From a virus: a DNA stretch of 43,982 nucleotides. A program made the position numbers and the translations under genes. Each line of letters opens with the position of its first letter. Within the stretch, counting starts at the first letter, position 1. Shown piece by piece: positions 22,618 through 31,324 of the stretch. Under the pieces are notes generated by a model. It saw nothing but the letters and a program-made list of their open reading frames with translations. It ran no database searches and was not told where the DNA came from. The stretch covers positions 1 through 43,982 of the IMG/VR virus record IMGVR_UViG_3300039098_000011. One strand, written 5' to 3'.

Positions 22618-22646
22618 ACGATATCAAGACCTAGAAAGGTTGTCAA
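22618..22646 (-). promoter_or_regulatory. Outermost leftward sigma70-type promoter
   Basis: Minus strand reads TTGACA-acctttctaggtcttga-TATCGT. It lies at the edge of the ORF-free control region. Confidence 0.55.
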
Positions 22647-22728
22647 GCTTTATTTTTTAAATAACCGATATCTTAAATTATTTCGGATTCTTTTTATCTT
22701 TATATATAGGAGGGCAGGAAAGAAGAGA

Positions 22729-22764
22729 GTGTGTCAAAATGATACAGTGTGTCAATATGATACA
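22729..22764. repeat. Tandem 18-mers GTGTGTCAAAATGATACA / GTGTGTCAATATGATACA
   Basis: The two adjacent copies differ at one base. Each contains TGTCAA, which is TTGACA on the minus strand. Confidence 0.9.
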
Positions 22765-22786
22765 AGTTATTAAGAGTATTACATAA

Positions 22787-22803
22787 TAACACACATTGTG
22801 TTA
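22787..22803. repeat. Perfect inverted repeat TAACACA-cat-TGTGTTA
   Basis: 7-bp arms with a 3-nt spacer, followed by a second TGTTAC at 22808. Confidence 0.85.
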
Positions 22804-22849
22804 CTTTGTTACACAGTAAGGATTTGTTGGGGGTATTGCTCCGCCCCTA

Positions 22850-22902
22850 ATACCACAAGATATAGTAGTATATCCCATAGGATACCACAAGATATAGTGG
22901 TA
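22850..22902. repeat. Two direct 21-mers ATACCACAAGATATAGTRGTA, 32 nt apart start to start
   Basis: The copies at 22850..22870 and 22882..22902 differ at one base. Confidence 0.9.
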
Positions 22903-22922
22903 GAATTTCTCATGAGCCGAGG

Positions 22923-22942
22923 AATAATAAAATATTATTATT
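22923..22942. repeat. AT-only inverted repeat AATAATAA-aata-TTATTATT
   Basis: 8-bp arms made only of A and T. G-runs follow at 22972..22994. Confidence 0.8.
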
Positions 22943-23121
22943 TACCCAGTGCGTAGAAATAAAATATTCTTGGGGGCCGCAAGGGGGGTGGGGGTTATAG
23001 GCATATATATATGGTAGCTCCTCAAAAATATCTCACAGAAATTCTCATCTCCCAAAGAGAGTAAATTAATCTCTATTTTCCCAAGGAATTCCCTTGACAT
23101 TTAAAGAAAGGGCTCGCTTCG

Positions 23122-23154
23122 CTCGCCCGTAGAAGTTTAATCTCTCGCCCGTAG
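23122..23154. repeat. Two direct copies of CTCGCCCGTAG, 22 nt apart start to start
   Basis: Copies lie at 23122..23132 and 23144..23154. A further gctcgc lies just upstream. Confidence 0.85.
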
Positions 23155-23205
23155 TTTATAAATTATCCCTAATAAAATTATTTTTAAGAATAGTGTATTT
23201 TCTTA

Positions 23206-23234
23206 TTGCAATTTTCTTCGAAACGTGCTATAAT
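23206..23234 (+). promoter_or_regulatory. Rightward sigma70-type promoter with a consensus extended -10
   Basis: TTGCAA-ttttcttcgaaacgtgc-TATAAT, with a 17-nt spacer and TGc before the -10. It is the first plausible promoter for the plus-strand arm. Confidence 0.7.
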
Positions 23235-23508
23235 AGTACTATAAGAAGTTGACGTAGGAAACTTTCAAGAAACTTTAAACTTCTTTAAACCTTCCTCCTA
23301 CAGAGTTTTAAAGGGAAGGACACAAAACGCCACAAGTATATCCTTAGCAGGATTAGCTTTTCCTTCGGAATCTTTTCTTTCGGCACGAAGGTATTTCTTT
23401 CGGTAATCCTTTAAAGACAGATATGGTGAAACTATACTGGAATGGTAATGATTAATAAAATTCTTTACATAATTACTTTCTTCTTGAAGTGGTTGGAGAA
23501 ATATCCTA

Positions 23509-23742
23509 ATGAATTTCGATGTAAACAAAAGATTAGGTCTGCTGTTGCTAATGGCAATACTTTCCTTCTTAATCGTAAACTTGAACGGTTGCTCCAGAAG
23601 TATCGTTCTTCTAGAAGGAAGTAAACTGGAGAAGGTTGATGAATCTACTCGCCTATCACCGAGTGATATAGGCCATACCTGGCTTATTGATGATAGCCGA
23701 TTAGCAGAATTACTTGAATGTTGCGAAGAGACTTATAATTGA
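23509..23742 (+). CDS. Putative lipoprotein (77 aa)
   Basis: Signal peptide MNFDVNKRLGLLLLMAILSFLIVNLNGC with a lipobox-like LNGC. It is the first gene of the rightward arm. It competes with the overlapping track ORF 23442..23624, which lacks an RBS. Confidence 0.5.
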   Translation: MNFDVNKRLGLLLLMAILSFLIVNLNGCSRSIVLLEGSKLEKVDESTRLSPSDIGHTWLIDDSRLAELLECCEETYN

Positions 23743-23763
23743 GATGTGAGGAGAGTTTATATT

Positions 23764-23901
23764 ATGGCAAAGAAGAAGACTAAAGTTACCGCTGAGAAAA
23801 TTGCTAGTATCTTTGGTGGTTACTCAGGTAAGGCTGTAAAGGCTATTGAAAAGCGTAAGAAGAAACTAGCCAAACAAATGAAAGCTATGGGAATGAAATA
23901 A
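23764..23901 (+). CDS. 45-aa basic protein, below the ORF-track cutoff
   Basis: GAGGAGAG lies upstream of the ATG. Sequence: MAKKKTKVTAEKIASIFGGYSGKAVKAIEKRKKKLAKQMKAMGMK. Confidence 0.5.
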   Translation: MAKKKTKVTAEKIASIFGGYSGKAVKAIEKRKKKLAKQMKAMGMK

Positions 23902-23905
23902 GTAT

Positions 23906-25774
23906 ATGCCTATATATGAAGACAGAGAAGCACTCTTTAATAGTCTAGGGACAGATGGATTTTCTATCGGTGCCTTAGAAGATCGTCTTCTTCTTTATCT
24001 TATTGACCAAGGATATACTGCTGGTTCTTTAGAGGATAGGTTTAAACTTTGGCTAGAAGTTGAAACTTCTTCTACTGGCAGTCTCCCTGATCTTCTTCGG
24101 AAGAAGTATATTGATGCAGGGTATTCTTCTTTAGGTGAAGCTCTCGCTGAAGAGGCATTTTTAGGTATAGCCAGAGACTTTTTTAATGGAATAGATATTT
24201 CCGACTTTACCTTTACCGGTGGTCCTAATGTCACCGCTGATAATAATAGTATATTACAACCGGGCTATCTTAACTTATCTTCAATTACTGGGGGAAGGTG
24301 GGCTCCTATTGTAGCTGAAGGAGCAATACTCGGGAATGAGCTAGTCACTAATGGCGAGTTTGATACTGATAGTGATTGGACTAAGGGAATAGGCTGGACA
24401 ATTGGTTCAGGCGTTGCTTCTGGCAGTGGCGAAACGGGTTATAGTCTCTATCAGGAAAATATCTTCACGGTGGGGAAGACCTACCAAGTAACTATCGAAA
24501 TGATATCCTGGTCGGCAGGAGCAGTTAGATTATGGGAAGCTTCCCAGCAACCGCAGTTTGGTACTGGTATAGGAACACAGGTTATTTTATTCACTCCTCT
24601 AAGTTCCAAGCTGTCTCTCCTGAGTGTAGGATTTACCGGCTCCATTGATAACGTATCCGTTAAAGAAGTAATCCCCCAATGGCTCGATACTGACATCCAA
24701 GGCAACGACCTCTATGCCTCCACTCCGGTACGAGGCACCAAACTCTACACCGATGCCGACCCAGAAGAGTTCAAAAGATTCCTGAGTGAACCGGCACGGA
24801 CGAATAAAGTCACCTGCGTCAAGGCCAATCCTACTGATATAACGAACATCGCCAAGAGCGGAGATGCAGCAGCGACCCTAACCGTGGTGGATGATGTAAC
24901 GGAGTTGGCCGTTGCTGGGCTAGGCGATCTGTGTGATGGCAATGTATATAAACTGGATAATAGTGGCAACGAAACGTGGGCCAAAGTGCTAATAGATGGT
25001 CTCCCTAATAGTACCAATGAACACAGTTACAGAGTATATGTCAGAGGAACAGGGACAATAAATATAGGTGGTGGAAATGGTGAAGTAGAACGACAGGCTA
25101 TAGTTTTAACTTCCTCATACCAAGAAATTATAGCTACATATACTCCTATCAGTACATTAAATGGCCTTAGCCTTATTGACTATTCTGTGCCGGGAGCTGT
25201 TTGCTATTTTATTCTCCCTCAACTGGAAGAGGGCACATTCGCCACCAGTATTATCATCGGGGATGACTCTGCCACTTCCCAAACCCGAACCGCCACCCTT
25301 CTCTCTGGCAACTCTGCCGGAGTACTGCGAGGGAATAATATCGGCATCTGGGGGCAGGTGATACCGAGTGCGTTTCAGGATTCCGGTTACCCGTTTGGAC
25401 TGCGTTCTGATGCCTCCAATGAGCTGTTTTTGCGTAAGGAGGCTGGCGTTGACAACCGCTTTACTCTTGGCAAGCGTGTCAGTGGGACGCTGTATACAGC
25501 TAACAATCTTGAACTCACGCATTCCAACACGCCGTTCCAATACCAAGCCTACTTGTCTAGCAGCTACGGTATGGGACTTCGTCTTCGCGTATGGCTAGGG
25601 TTGGAATGGGGGGCATGGTCTAGTTGGGCGACTAATGCCAACACGGCTGATGCGCCGATAGCCTCCACCTATGAAATCGGCAGCAAGGACGGAGGTAGTC
25701 ACTTCGCCGGGAACTTCCAGATGCTCCGCACCTTCTGGCACAGCGACCCCAGGGTCTATATGGAGGCGTTATGA
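23906..25774 (+). CDS. Fibre-like host-specificity structural protein with a carbohydrate-binding-module-like segment
   Basis: LVTNGEFDTDSDWTKGIGWTIGSG resembles a CBM-like motif, and QLEEGTFATSIIIGDDSATSQTRTA is a motif recurrent in phage fibre proteins. The 3' two-thirds is GC-rich. Confidence 0.6.
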   Translation: MPIYEDREALFNSLGTDGFSIGALEDRLLLYLIDQGYTAGSLEDRFKLWLEVETSSTGSLPDLLRKKYIDAGYSSLGEALAEEAFLGIARDFFNGIDISDFTFTGGPNVTADNNSILQPGYLNLSSITGGRWAPIVAEGAILGNELVTNGEFDTDSDWTKGIGWTIGSGVASGSGETGYSLYQENIFTVGKTYQVTIEMISWSAGAVRLWEASQQPQFGTGIGTQVILFTPLSSKLSLLSVGFTGSIDNVSVKEVIPQWLDTDIQGNDLYASTPVRGTKLYTDADPEEFKRFLSEPARTNKVTCVKANPTDITNIAKSGDAAATLTVVDDVTELAVAGLGDLCDGNVYKLDNSGNETWAKVLIDGLPNSTNEHSYRVYVRGTGTINIGGGNGEVERQAIVLTSSYQEIIATYTPISTLNGLSLIDYSVPGAVCYFILPQLEEGTFATSIIIGDDSATSQTRTATLLSGNSAGVLRGNNIGIWGQVIPSAFQDSGYPFGLRSDASNELFLRKEAGVDNRFTLGKRVSGTLYTANNLELTHSNTPFQYQAYLSSSYGMGLRLRVWLGLEWGAWSSWATNANTADAPIASTYEIGSKDGGSHFAGNFQMLRTFWHSDPRVYMEAL

Positions 25775-26184
25775 GCGACTATGTAATCGCCGTTTTGAAA
25801 CTCAAAGCGCCCTATGATGCAGACCCCGAACAGGCCTTGGCGCTGCTGTCCCAAGACGCACTGGATACGTTTGGTGAAGGAGGGAAACCAGATGCTAAAC
25901 AAGTGGAAGACTTTCTCGGCTATGTCAATACGCCTCCTCTGCAAGGATATGTCCGTACACGCATTGGCCTTGCTTATGGACAAGCATTGGAGTATATTGA
26001 GACACAAGGTGGGAATAAATATGCCGAATTAATCCGTATAGAATGGTCAGGGTTAGGGTTTGGAATTAATACAGAAGGAGAGCTAGATGGTAGTTGGCCT
26101 GAGATTACTGTGACAGTTGATACTTACGATGAGGAAGATAATATTAACGGAACTCATCAACAGTTTATTGGTAAGATTGCTTAA
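25771..26184 (+). CDS. Hypothetical protein (137 aa)
   Basis: Track ORF with an ATGA overlap with the fibre-like gene. Its 5' part shares the GC-rich composition. Confidence 0.7.
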   Translation: MSDYVIAVLKLKAPYDADPEQALALLSQDALDTFGEGGKPDAKQVEDFLGYVNTPPLQGYVRTRIGLAYGQALEYIETQGGNKYAELIRIEWSGLGFGINTEGELDGSWPEITVTVDTYDEEDNINGTHQQFIGKIA

Positions 26185-26201
26185 TAAGGATATATAAAAA
26201 T

Positions 26202-26681
26202 ATGGCACAGGGAAAGATTAAAGGTCCAGTAAAACTAGGAAGGGGTCGTATTCCAAGCAGAGCTTTATTTGAGAATGGCACTTATAAAATTGAAGAATTT
26301 CATGATGTCTTTATTGAACTTGAGGATATGACTGAATATAAACCTGCTCTCCAACTTTGCGGTTCATGGCGAGAGTGGCAACGACTCAAAAATGATTGGA
26401 AGATTTTTAATAATTATATTGCCGAGTGGAAAGAAGAACTGGAAGTTAAACTTCGTAGCGAATCAGTAGAGAAGATTATTAAACTTGCCAAAGGAGATGA
26501 CCCAAAGGCACTCCAAGCTGCAAAGTTTATTTCGGAAGGTGGTTGGGATAAGCGAGTAGGTACTGCTGGTCGCCCATCGAATGCAGAGAAAACTAGAGCA
26601 GCGAAGGAATTAGCTCAAGCTGTTAGTGAAACAAAAGAAGAAGAAAAGCGGATGCTCTCTGTAATTAATGGAGGAAAATGA
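26202..26681 (+). CDS. Candidate terminase small subunit
   Basis: The call rests on position only (two genes upstream of TerL) plus a basic, helical 159-aa sequence. No diagnostic motif was seen. Confidence 0.4.
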   Translation: MAQGKIKGPVKLGRGRIPSRALFENGTYKIEEFHDVFIELEDMTEYKPALQLCGSWREWQRLKNDWKIFNNYIAEWKEELEVKLRSESVEKIIKLAKGDDPKALQAAKFISEGGWDKRVGTAGRPSNAEKTRAAKELAQAVSETKEEEKRMLSVINGGK

Positions 26682-26683
26682 TT

Positions 26684-26857
26684 ATGTTAAAGTATATATT
26701 AAAACGACTGAAAGAGAAGAGTACTTATGCAGGCATTCTTGCAGTAGCATCTGCTGCTGGTTTGCAACTTGCCCCTGAGCTAAGTACGAATATTATTGCG
26801 GTAGTATCAGCAGCAGCTGGTCTCCTGCTAGTATTAATGAAAGAAAAGGATGGGTAG
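26684..26857 (+). CDS. 57-aa two-helix membrane protein, below the ORF-track cutoff
   Basis: Sequence: MLKYILKRLKEKSTYAGILAVASAAGLQLAPELSTNIIAVVSAAAGLLLVLMKEKDG. Its 3' end overlaps the TerL start. Confidence 0.55.
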   Translation: MLKYILKRLKEKSTYAGILAVASAAGLQLAPELSTNIIAVVSAAAGLLLVLMKEKDG

Positions 26858-28397
26858 GAAAAGACTTCTCTATTCCACAAAAGGATTAACTACAAAGCAA
26901 CTTGAGTTGAGGGACTTGGCTATGTCAAGTCTTAAGGCTTTTGTTGGCCTTACTGCACCTCATTTGCATCTTGGGCATTGCCATCATGATCTTCTTGACT
27001 TCCTTCAGCAAGAGGGAGAGGAGAGGCAATTGGTAATCTTTCCACGTGGGCATTTGAAGTCAACCCTCCTTGCATACCAAACTGCATGGACGATAGTGAG
27101 AGAACCAGATACTACAATCGTTTATCTTTCGGCTACGGCAGATCTTGCAGAGAAACAAACTGGCCTTATTAAGACTATTCTTGATTCAACTATAGTGCAT
27201 AAGTATTGGCCCGAACTATTGCCACAAGAGGCAGGTAAGAGGGAACTGTGGAGAACAAGTGAGTTTAATATAGGGCATTGGAAGAGGAAAGAAGAGGTTA
27301 TTCGAGATCCTACCCTGAAGGCAGCAGGCATTACAGGAAATATAACTGGTTTCCATGCTAATCATATTAAATTAGACGATCTTGTTACTGGGGATAATAG
27401 TGAAACTAAGACCTCACGGGAAGAAATTAAGGGGAAGTATTCCTATCTTTCTTCTATCTTGAATACCGGAGGGACTATCCAAGCAGTAGGTACTCGATAT
27501 CACCCAAGTGATTTATATGATAGTCTTGTAAATACTGAGGTAGATATTTATGATGATAAGACTGGAGACGTAATAGAGAGAATCGCTGCATATACGGTTA
27601 TCCAGGAAGTAGTAGAAGTTGATGGGGAGTTTCTCTGGCCGAGATCAAGACGTAAAGACGGTAAGTGGTTTGGGTTTAACAAGACGGAGCTAAGTAAGAA
27701 GAAGGCTGATTACCTTGACAAAGCTAAATTCTTTGCACAGTATTATAATGACCCTTCTGATCCGCATAATAAACGTATTGCGGAGTTTAATTATTATGAT
27801 AGATCCCATCTTGCACGAAGAAGCAATACTTGGGTAATCAATAATAAACAACTCTCTGTCTATGCAGCTATTGACTTTGCTGCTACTATAACAAAGAGGG
27901 CTGACTATACTGCTATTGCTGTAATTGGTATAGATGAAGATCATACTTACTACGTATTAGATATTGCTAGATTTAAGACTGATAAGATCTCTATGATGGC
28001 GGAAGAGCTTGAACGTCTGTATGATAAGTGGAAGTGGATTAGGCTTCGGGCTGAGTGTAATGCTCAACAGAATCTTGTAGTAGAGCAGATTAAAGAGTTC
28101 AATAGATCGAGGGGGGTATACTACTCGATTGATAAAGTCTCTCAGGTTATAAATAAAGAGATTCGTATTATGACTAACCTAGAGCCACGTTATGCAGCAG
28201 GAGCTATCCTTCATTATAGAGGTGGTAACTGCCAGGTTTTAGAAGATGAACTTATATCTACTAAGCCCCCTCATGATGACGTGTCTGATGCTTTAGCCTC
28301 TGTAGTAGAAATTGCTAAAGCTCCCAGCAAGAATAGGAATGCTGGAAATAAAGTTGTTAACCTTAAATACCATCCTTTATATGGCGGGGTAGCTTAA
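26850..28397 (+). CDS. terL: Terminase large subunit
   Basis: ATPase region VIFPRGHLKSTL. The C-terminal nuclease-like region reads YAAIDFAAT...DYTAIAVIG. 515 aa, immediately upstream of the portal gene. Confidence 0.85.
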   Translation: MGRKRLLYSTKGLTTKQLELRDLAMSSLKAFVGLTAPHLHLGHCHHDLLDFLQQEGEERQLVIFPRGHLKSTLLAYQTAWTIVREPDTTIVYLSATADLAEKQTGLIKTILDSTIVHKYWPELLPQEAGKRELWRTSEFNIGHWKRKEEVIRDPTLKAAGITGNITGFHANHIKLDDLVTGDNSETKTSREEIKGKYSYLSSILNTGGTIQAVGTRYHPSDLYDSLVNTEVDIYDDKTGDVIERIAAYTVIQEVVEVDGEFLWPRSRRKDGKWFGFNKTELSKKKADYLDKAKFFAQYYNDPSDPHNKRIAEFNYYDRSHLARRSNTWVINNKQLSVYAAIDFAATITKRADYTAIAVIGIDEDHTYYVLDIARFKTDKISMMAEELERLYDKWKWIRLRAECNAQQNLVVEQIKEFNRSRGVYYSIDKVSQVINKEIRIMTNLEPRYAAGAILHYRGGNCQVLEDELISTKPPHDDVSDALASVVEIAKAPSKNRNAGNKVVNLKYHPLYGGVA

Positions 28398-28400
28398 AAT

Positions 28401-30212
28401 ATGTCTACAATAGAAATAACTGATCTTCGTGATGATACAGCTAAAGTTGTTATAGAGGCATGGGATAGATTAAACTTTGAACGTACTCAGTGGTTACAAA
28501 AAGGGATGGAAGCTCGTAGATATGTTACAGCTTCCAGCACTAATGATACTGAGGTAGGAAGTCGTCCTTGGGCTAATAAGACTACCATTCCTAAATTAAC
28601 TCAGATTAGAGATAATCTTGCTTCCTTCTATATGGCAGCATTGATGCCCTCAGATGATTGGTTTCGTTTTGAAGGTATGGATATAGAGAGTCATCAAAAG
28701 GCAAATATTATTGAGCAATACATGGCTACTAAACTCCGCATGGGTGGATTTAGGAAAGCTCTTGAGCAGATGGTGAATGATTGGATTCTTTATGGGAACT
28801 GCTTTGGTGGTATTACTTGGGAACGAAGTACTACAAAGTCTCTTCGTACAGGAGAGGATATTGTTAATTTTGTTGGTCCTAAGTTATTTCGTATTAGCCC
28901 GTTAGACTGTGTAATTGATAAACGAGCACCTAGTTTTGAGGACTCAATCTTTATTAAAAGATCATTTGTCTCTATTGCAGATATCATTGAGCATAATGAG
29001 AAGAATCCTGAGATTCAATATAATGAATCTGTAGTTGATCAAGTTAAGATACTCAGGTCTGGTCCTTCTGATGATATCTTAGACTTTTATAAGTCGGAAG
29101 GATATCAGATTGATGGGTTTCAGTCTTTTGAAGATTATCTATCTTCTCAGTATATAGAGATTCTGGAGTATTGGGGAGATATCCTTATAAGAGAAACTGG
29201 GGAAGTAAAGAAGAATCAGGTTGTCATTATTGCAGATAGAAGTTTTACTCTTGCTATGACAGATAACCCTACCTGGAATGGACGTAAACCTTTTGTTCAT
29301 ACTGGTTGGCGTATCCTTCCAGATAATCTTTACGGACAAAGCCCTCTAGATAACTTGGTTGGTATGCAATATCGATGTGATCACCTTGAGAATCTTAAGG
29401 CAGATACTTTCGATCAGATTGTTCATCCAGTAGTTATTATCAAAGGAGATCAGACCGAAGGATTCCAGTGGGGACCGGGGGTACAACACTTTATTCCCCC
29501 TGACGGTGATGTGGAGGTTCTTCGGCCAGATGCTACTGTCCTTCAAGCAGACAATCAGATCGCAATCTATCACAATTATATGGAACAAATGGCAGGCAGT
29601 CCCAAAGAAAGTATGGGATTTCGTACTCCTGGAGAGAAGACAGCCTTTGAAGTATCTGCATTACAACAGGGTGCGGATAGGATGTTTCAAGATAAACTGA
29701 ACCGATTTGAAACTCATGCAATCGAACCAGCTTTAGAGATGATGTTCGAGATGACTATCCGTAATCTTGATGTAGCAGATATTGCAAGAGTATTTAATGA
29801 TGATACTAAGTCTCTTGAACTTACAAAGTTAACTAAAGAAGATGTAGTAGCTGATGGAGTTTTTCGAGCGGTAGGCGCTAAACATTTTGCCGCAAGGAAT
29901 AAACGAGTTCAAGAGATGCAGAACTTCCAAATGATTATGCAAAATCCCACTATGGCTCCCCATTTCTCTGGCATGAGAGCAGCTAAAGCATTTGAAGAAG
30001 AACTTGGATTTGAGAAGTATGGTCTTGTAGAAGAGAATATTGCTGTACGAGAGCAGATGATGACTCAAATGGAAACTCAACAAATGCAGCAGCAATTGCA
30101 ACAGACGATGGGAGGAGTAGAAGGAGCGGAGGAAGAACTAGAAGAATTACCTCCTGGTATAATGAGGGAAGGAGAAAGTAGAGAAGAGGAAGGAACTCCT
30201 AGTGAACTTTAA
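28401..30212 (+). CDS. Portal protein
   Basis: 603 aa, directly after TerL and before the scaffold and capsid genes. The C-terminus is acidic and Q-rich. Confidence 0.75.
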   Translation: MSTIEITDLRDDTAKVVIEAWDRLNFERTQWLQKGMEARRYVTASSTNDTEVGSRPWANKTTIPKLTQIRDNLASFYMAALMPSDDWFRFEGMDIESHQKANIIEQYMATKLRMGGFRKALEQMVNDWILYGNCFGGITWERSTTKSLRTGEDIVNFVGPKLFRISPLDCVIDKRAPSFEDSIFIKRSFVSIADIIEHNEKNPEIQYNESVVDQVKILRSGPSDDILDFYKSEGYQIDGFQSFEDYLSSQYIEILEYWGDILIRETGEVKKNQVVIIADRSFTLAMTDNPTWNGRKPFVHTGWRILPDNLYGQSPLDNLVGMQYRCDHLENLKADTFDQIVHPVVIIKGDQTEGFQWGPGVQHFIPPDGDVEVLRPDATVLQADNQIAIYHNYMEQMAGSPKESMGFRTPGEKTAFEVSALQQGADRMFQDKLNRFETHAIEPALEMMFEMTIRNLDVADIARVFNDDTKSLELTKLTKEDVVADGVFRAVGAKHFAARNKRVQEMQNFQMIMQNPTMAPHFSGMRAAKAFEEELGFEKYGLVEENIAVREQMMTQMETQQMQQQLQQTMGGVEGAEEELEELPPGIMREGESREEEGTPSEL

Positions 30213-30453
30213 GACTAATATTATCACGAGACTATTTTCTAAAAGTGAGATAGTACACCTCCAGAAAGAGGTGGAGAATGGATCTAACCTTATTAAATAC
30301 ATAGTAAGGATTTTAGAAAGTCGTTGGATTGATACTATCCCTAGGGAAAAAGATTTCGATAAAAATAACTATGAGTTTCGTAGAGCTTTTCTTGATGGGA
30401 AAAGCAATGAAATAACTTGGTGGATAAAATTCTTACAAGAAGAGGATAAATAG
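30202..30453 (+). CDS. Hypothetical protein (83 aa)
   Basis: Track ORF with a GTG start that overlaps the end of the portal gene by 11 nt. Confidence 0.5.
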   Translation: MNFKTNIITRLFSKSEIVHLQKEVENGSNLIKYIVRILESRWIDTIPREKDFDKNNYEFRRAFLDGKSNEITWWIKFLQEEDK

Positions 30454-30455
30454 AT

Positions 30456-31313
30456 ATGAGTAGTGAGGGGAATACCGGAACGACCGTTCTGGGGGAGAAT
30501 CTGGAAACTAGAGAGAGTGAGCAGACCGCCACTCAAACTACAGATAATACTGCATCGGAGTCAAATCAGACTAGTAATACAGATTATCTTTCGGCTCTTG
30601 TTGGGGAAGGCAAGAAGTATTCTACTACCGAAGAAGCAGCAATTGCTCTTGCAAAGAAGGCAGTACATGCAGATCAGTTTATTGAGACTTTGAAAACTGA
30701 GAAACATACTTTGAAAACTGAGAAGCATGCTTTGGAAGGACAGATTAGTTCTGCCAAGAAGGTAGAAGATATTCTAGAACTTCTTAATAAAGAAGCTGAT
30801 GGCATCTCTACTATCTCTACCGTATTAGAGGATATCAAACCGAATACACAAGAGAATGGGGATGAAGATGTAAAAGCCACAGTTGCTAGGATTTTAAAGG
30901 AGAAGGAGGAAGAAGCTGCCACTGCTGATAAACTTAAAGTCATCAAAGAAAATCAAGAGAAGTCTTGGGATCTTTTGGCTGAGAGTATGGGTGGTGATCT
31001 AGACTCTGCTAAACTTGCTATTAAAGATTATATCGGAGAAGATACAATAAGGGCAGAGATTATTAATCAGCTTGGTTCTCATAAACCTGAAGAGCTTGTA
31101 AAGTTTATTAAAGCCCAGAAATCTACGACCACTCCCAATACGTCTACTACTACACAACGAACTGTGTCTGAATTTGAAGTATCTGGTAATGAACTTACTT
31201 GGAGTAAAGCAAAGACTGTAAAGAAAGAAAATCCTAAACTGTACAAGAGTCATAAGTTTCAACAGTTGTTGCATTCGGCAGCAGCCACAAATAATAACTT
31301 CTTTAACGAATAA
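30456..31313 (+). CDS. Scaffolding protein
   Basis: Helical and charged, located between the portal and capsid genes. It contains a tandem 21-nt duplication (30687..30728) encoding TLKTEKH twice. Confidence 0.6.
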   Translation: MSSEGNTGTTVLGENLETRESEQTATQTTDNTASESNQTSNTDYLSALVGEGKKYSTTEEAAIALAKKAVHADQFIETLKTEKHTLKTEKHALEGQISSAKKVEDILELLNKEADGISTISTVLEDIKPNTQENGDEDVKATVARILKEKEEEAATADKLKVIKENQEKSWDLLAESMGGDLDSAKLAIKDYIGEDTIRAEIINQLGSHKPEELVKFIKAQKSTTTPNTSTTTQRTVSEFEVSGNELTWSKAKTVKKENPKLYKSHKFQQLLHSAAATNNNFFNE

Positions 31314-31324
31314 AGGAATAAATA

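Noticed and set aside
22972-22994. A possible G-quadruplex in the control region (G5, G6 and G5 runs).
   Set aside because: Only three long G-runs are present. A fourth would require splitting the G6 run. It is noted as part of the control-region finding but not called as a feature.
23094-23128. Plus-strand TTGACA at 23094, considered as a second rightward promoter.
   Set aside because: There is no acceptable -10 hexamer at 16-18 nt (cttcgc/ttcgct). The promoter at 23206..23234 is far better.
23298-23528. A 76-aa minus-strand ORF in the rightward leader, and three TTYYTTCGG motifs (23360..23368, 23375..23383 and 23395..23403) that might indicate a structured leader RNA.
   Set aside because: The ORF points against the local transcription direction and lacks an RBS. 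I could not fold the motifs into a convincing conserved structure by eye, and ttcgg is common elsewhere in the genome.
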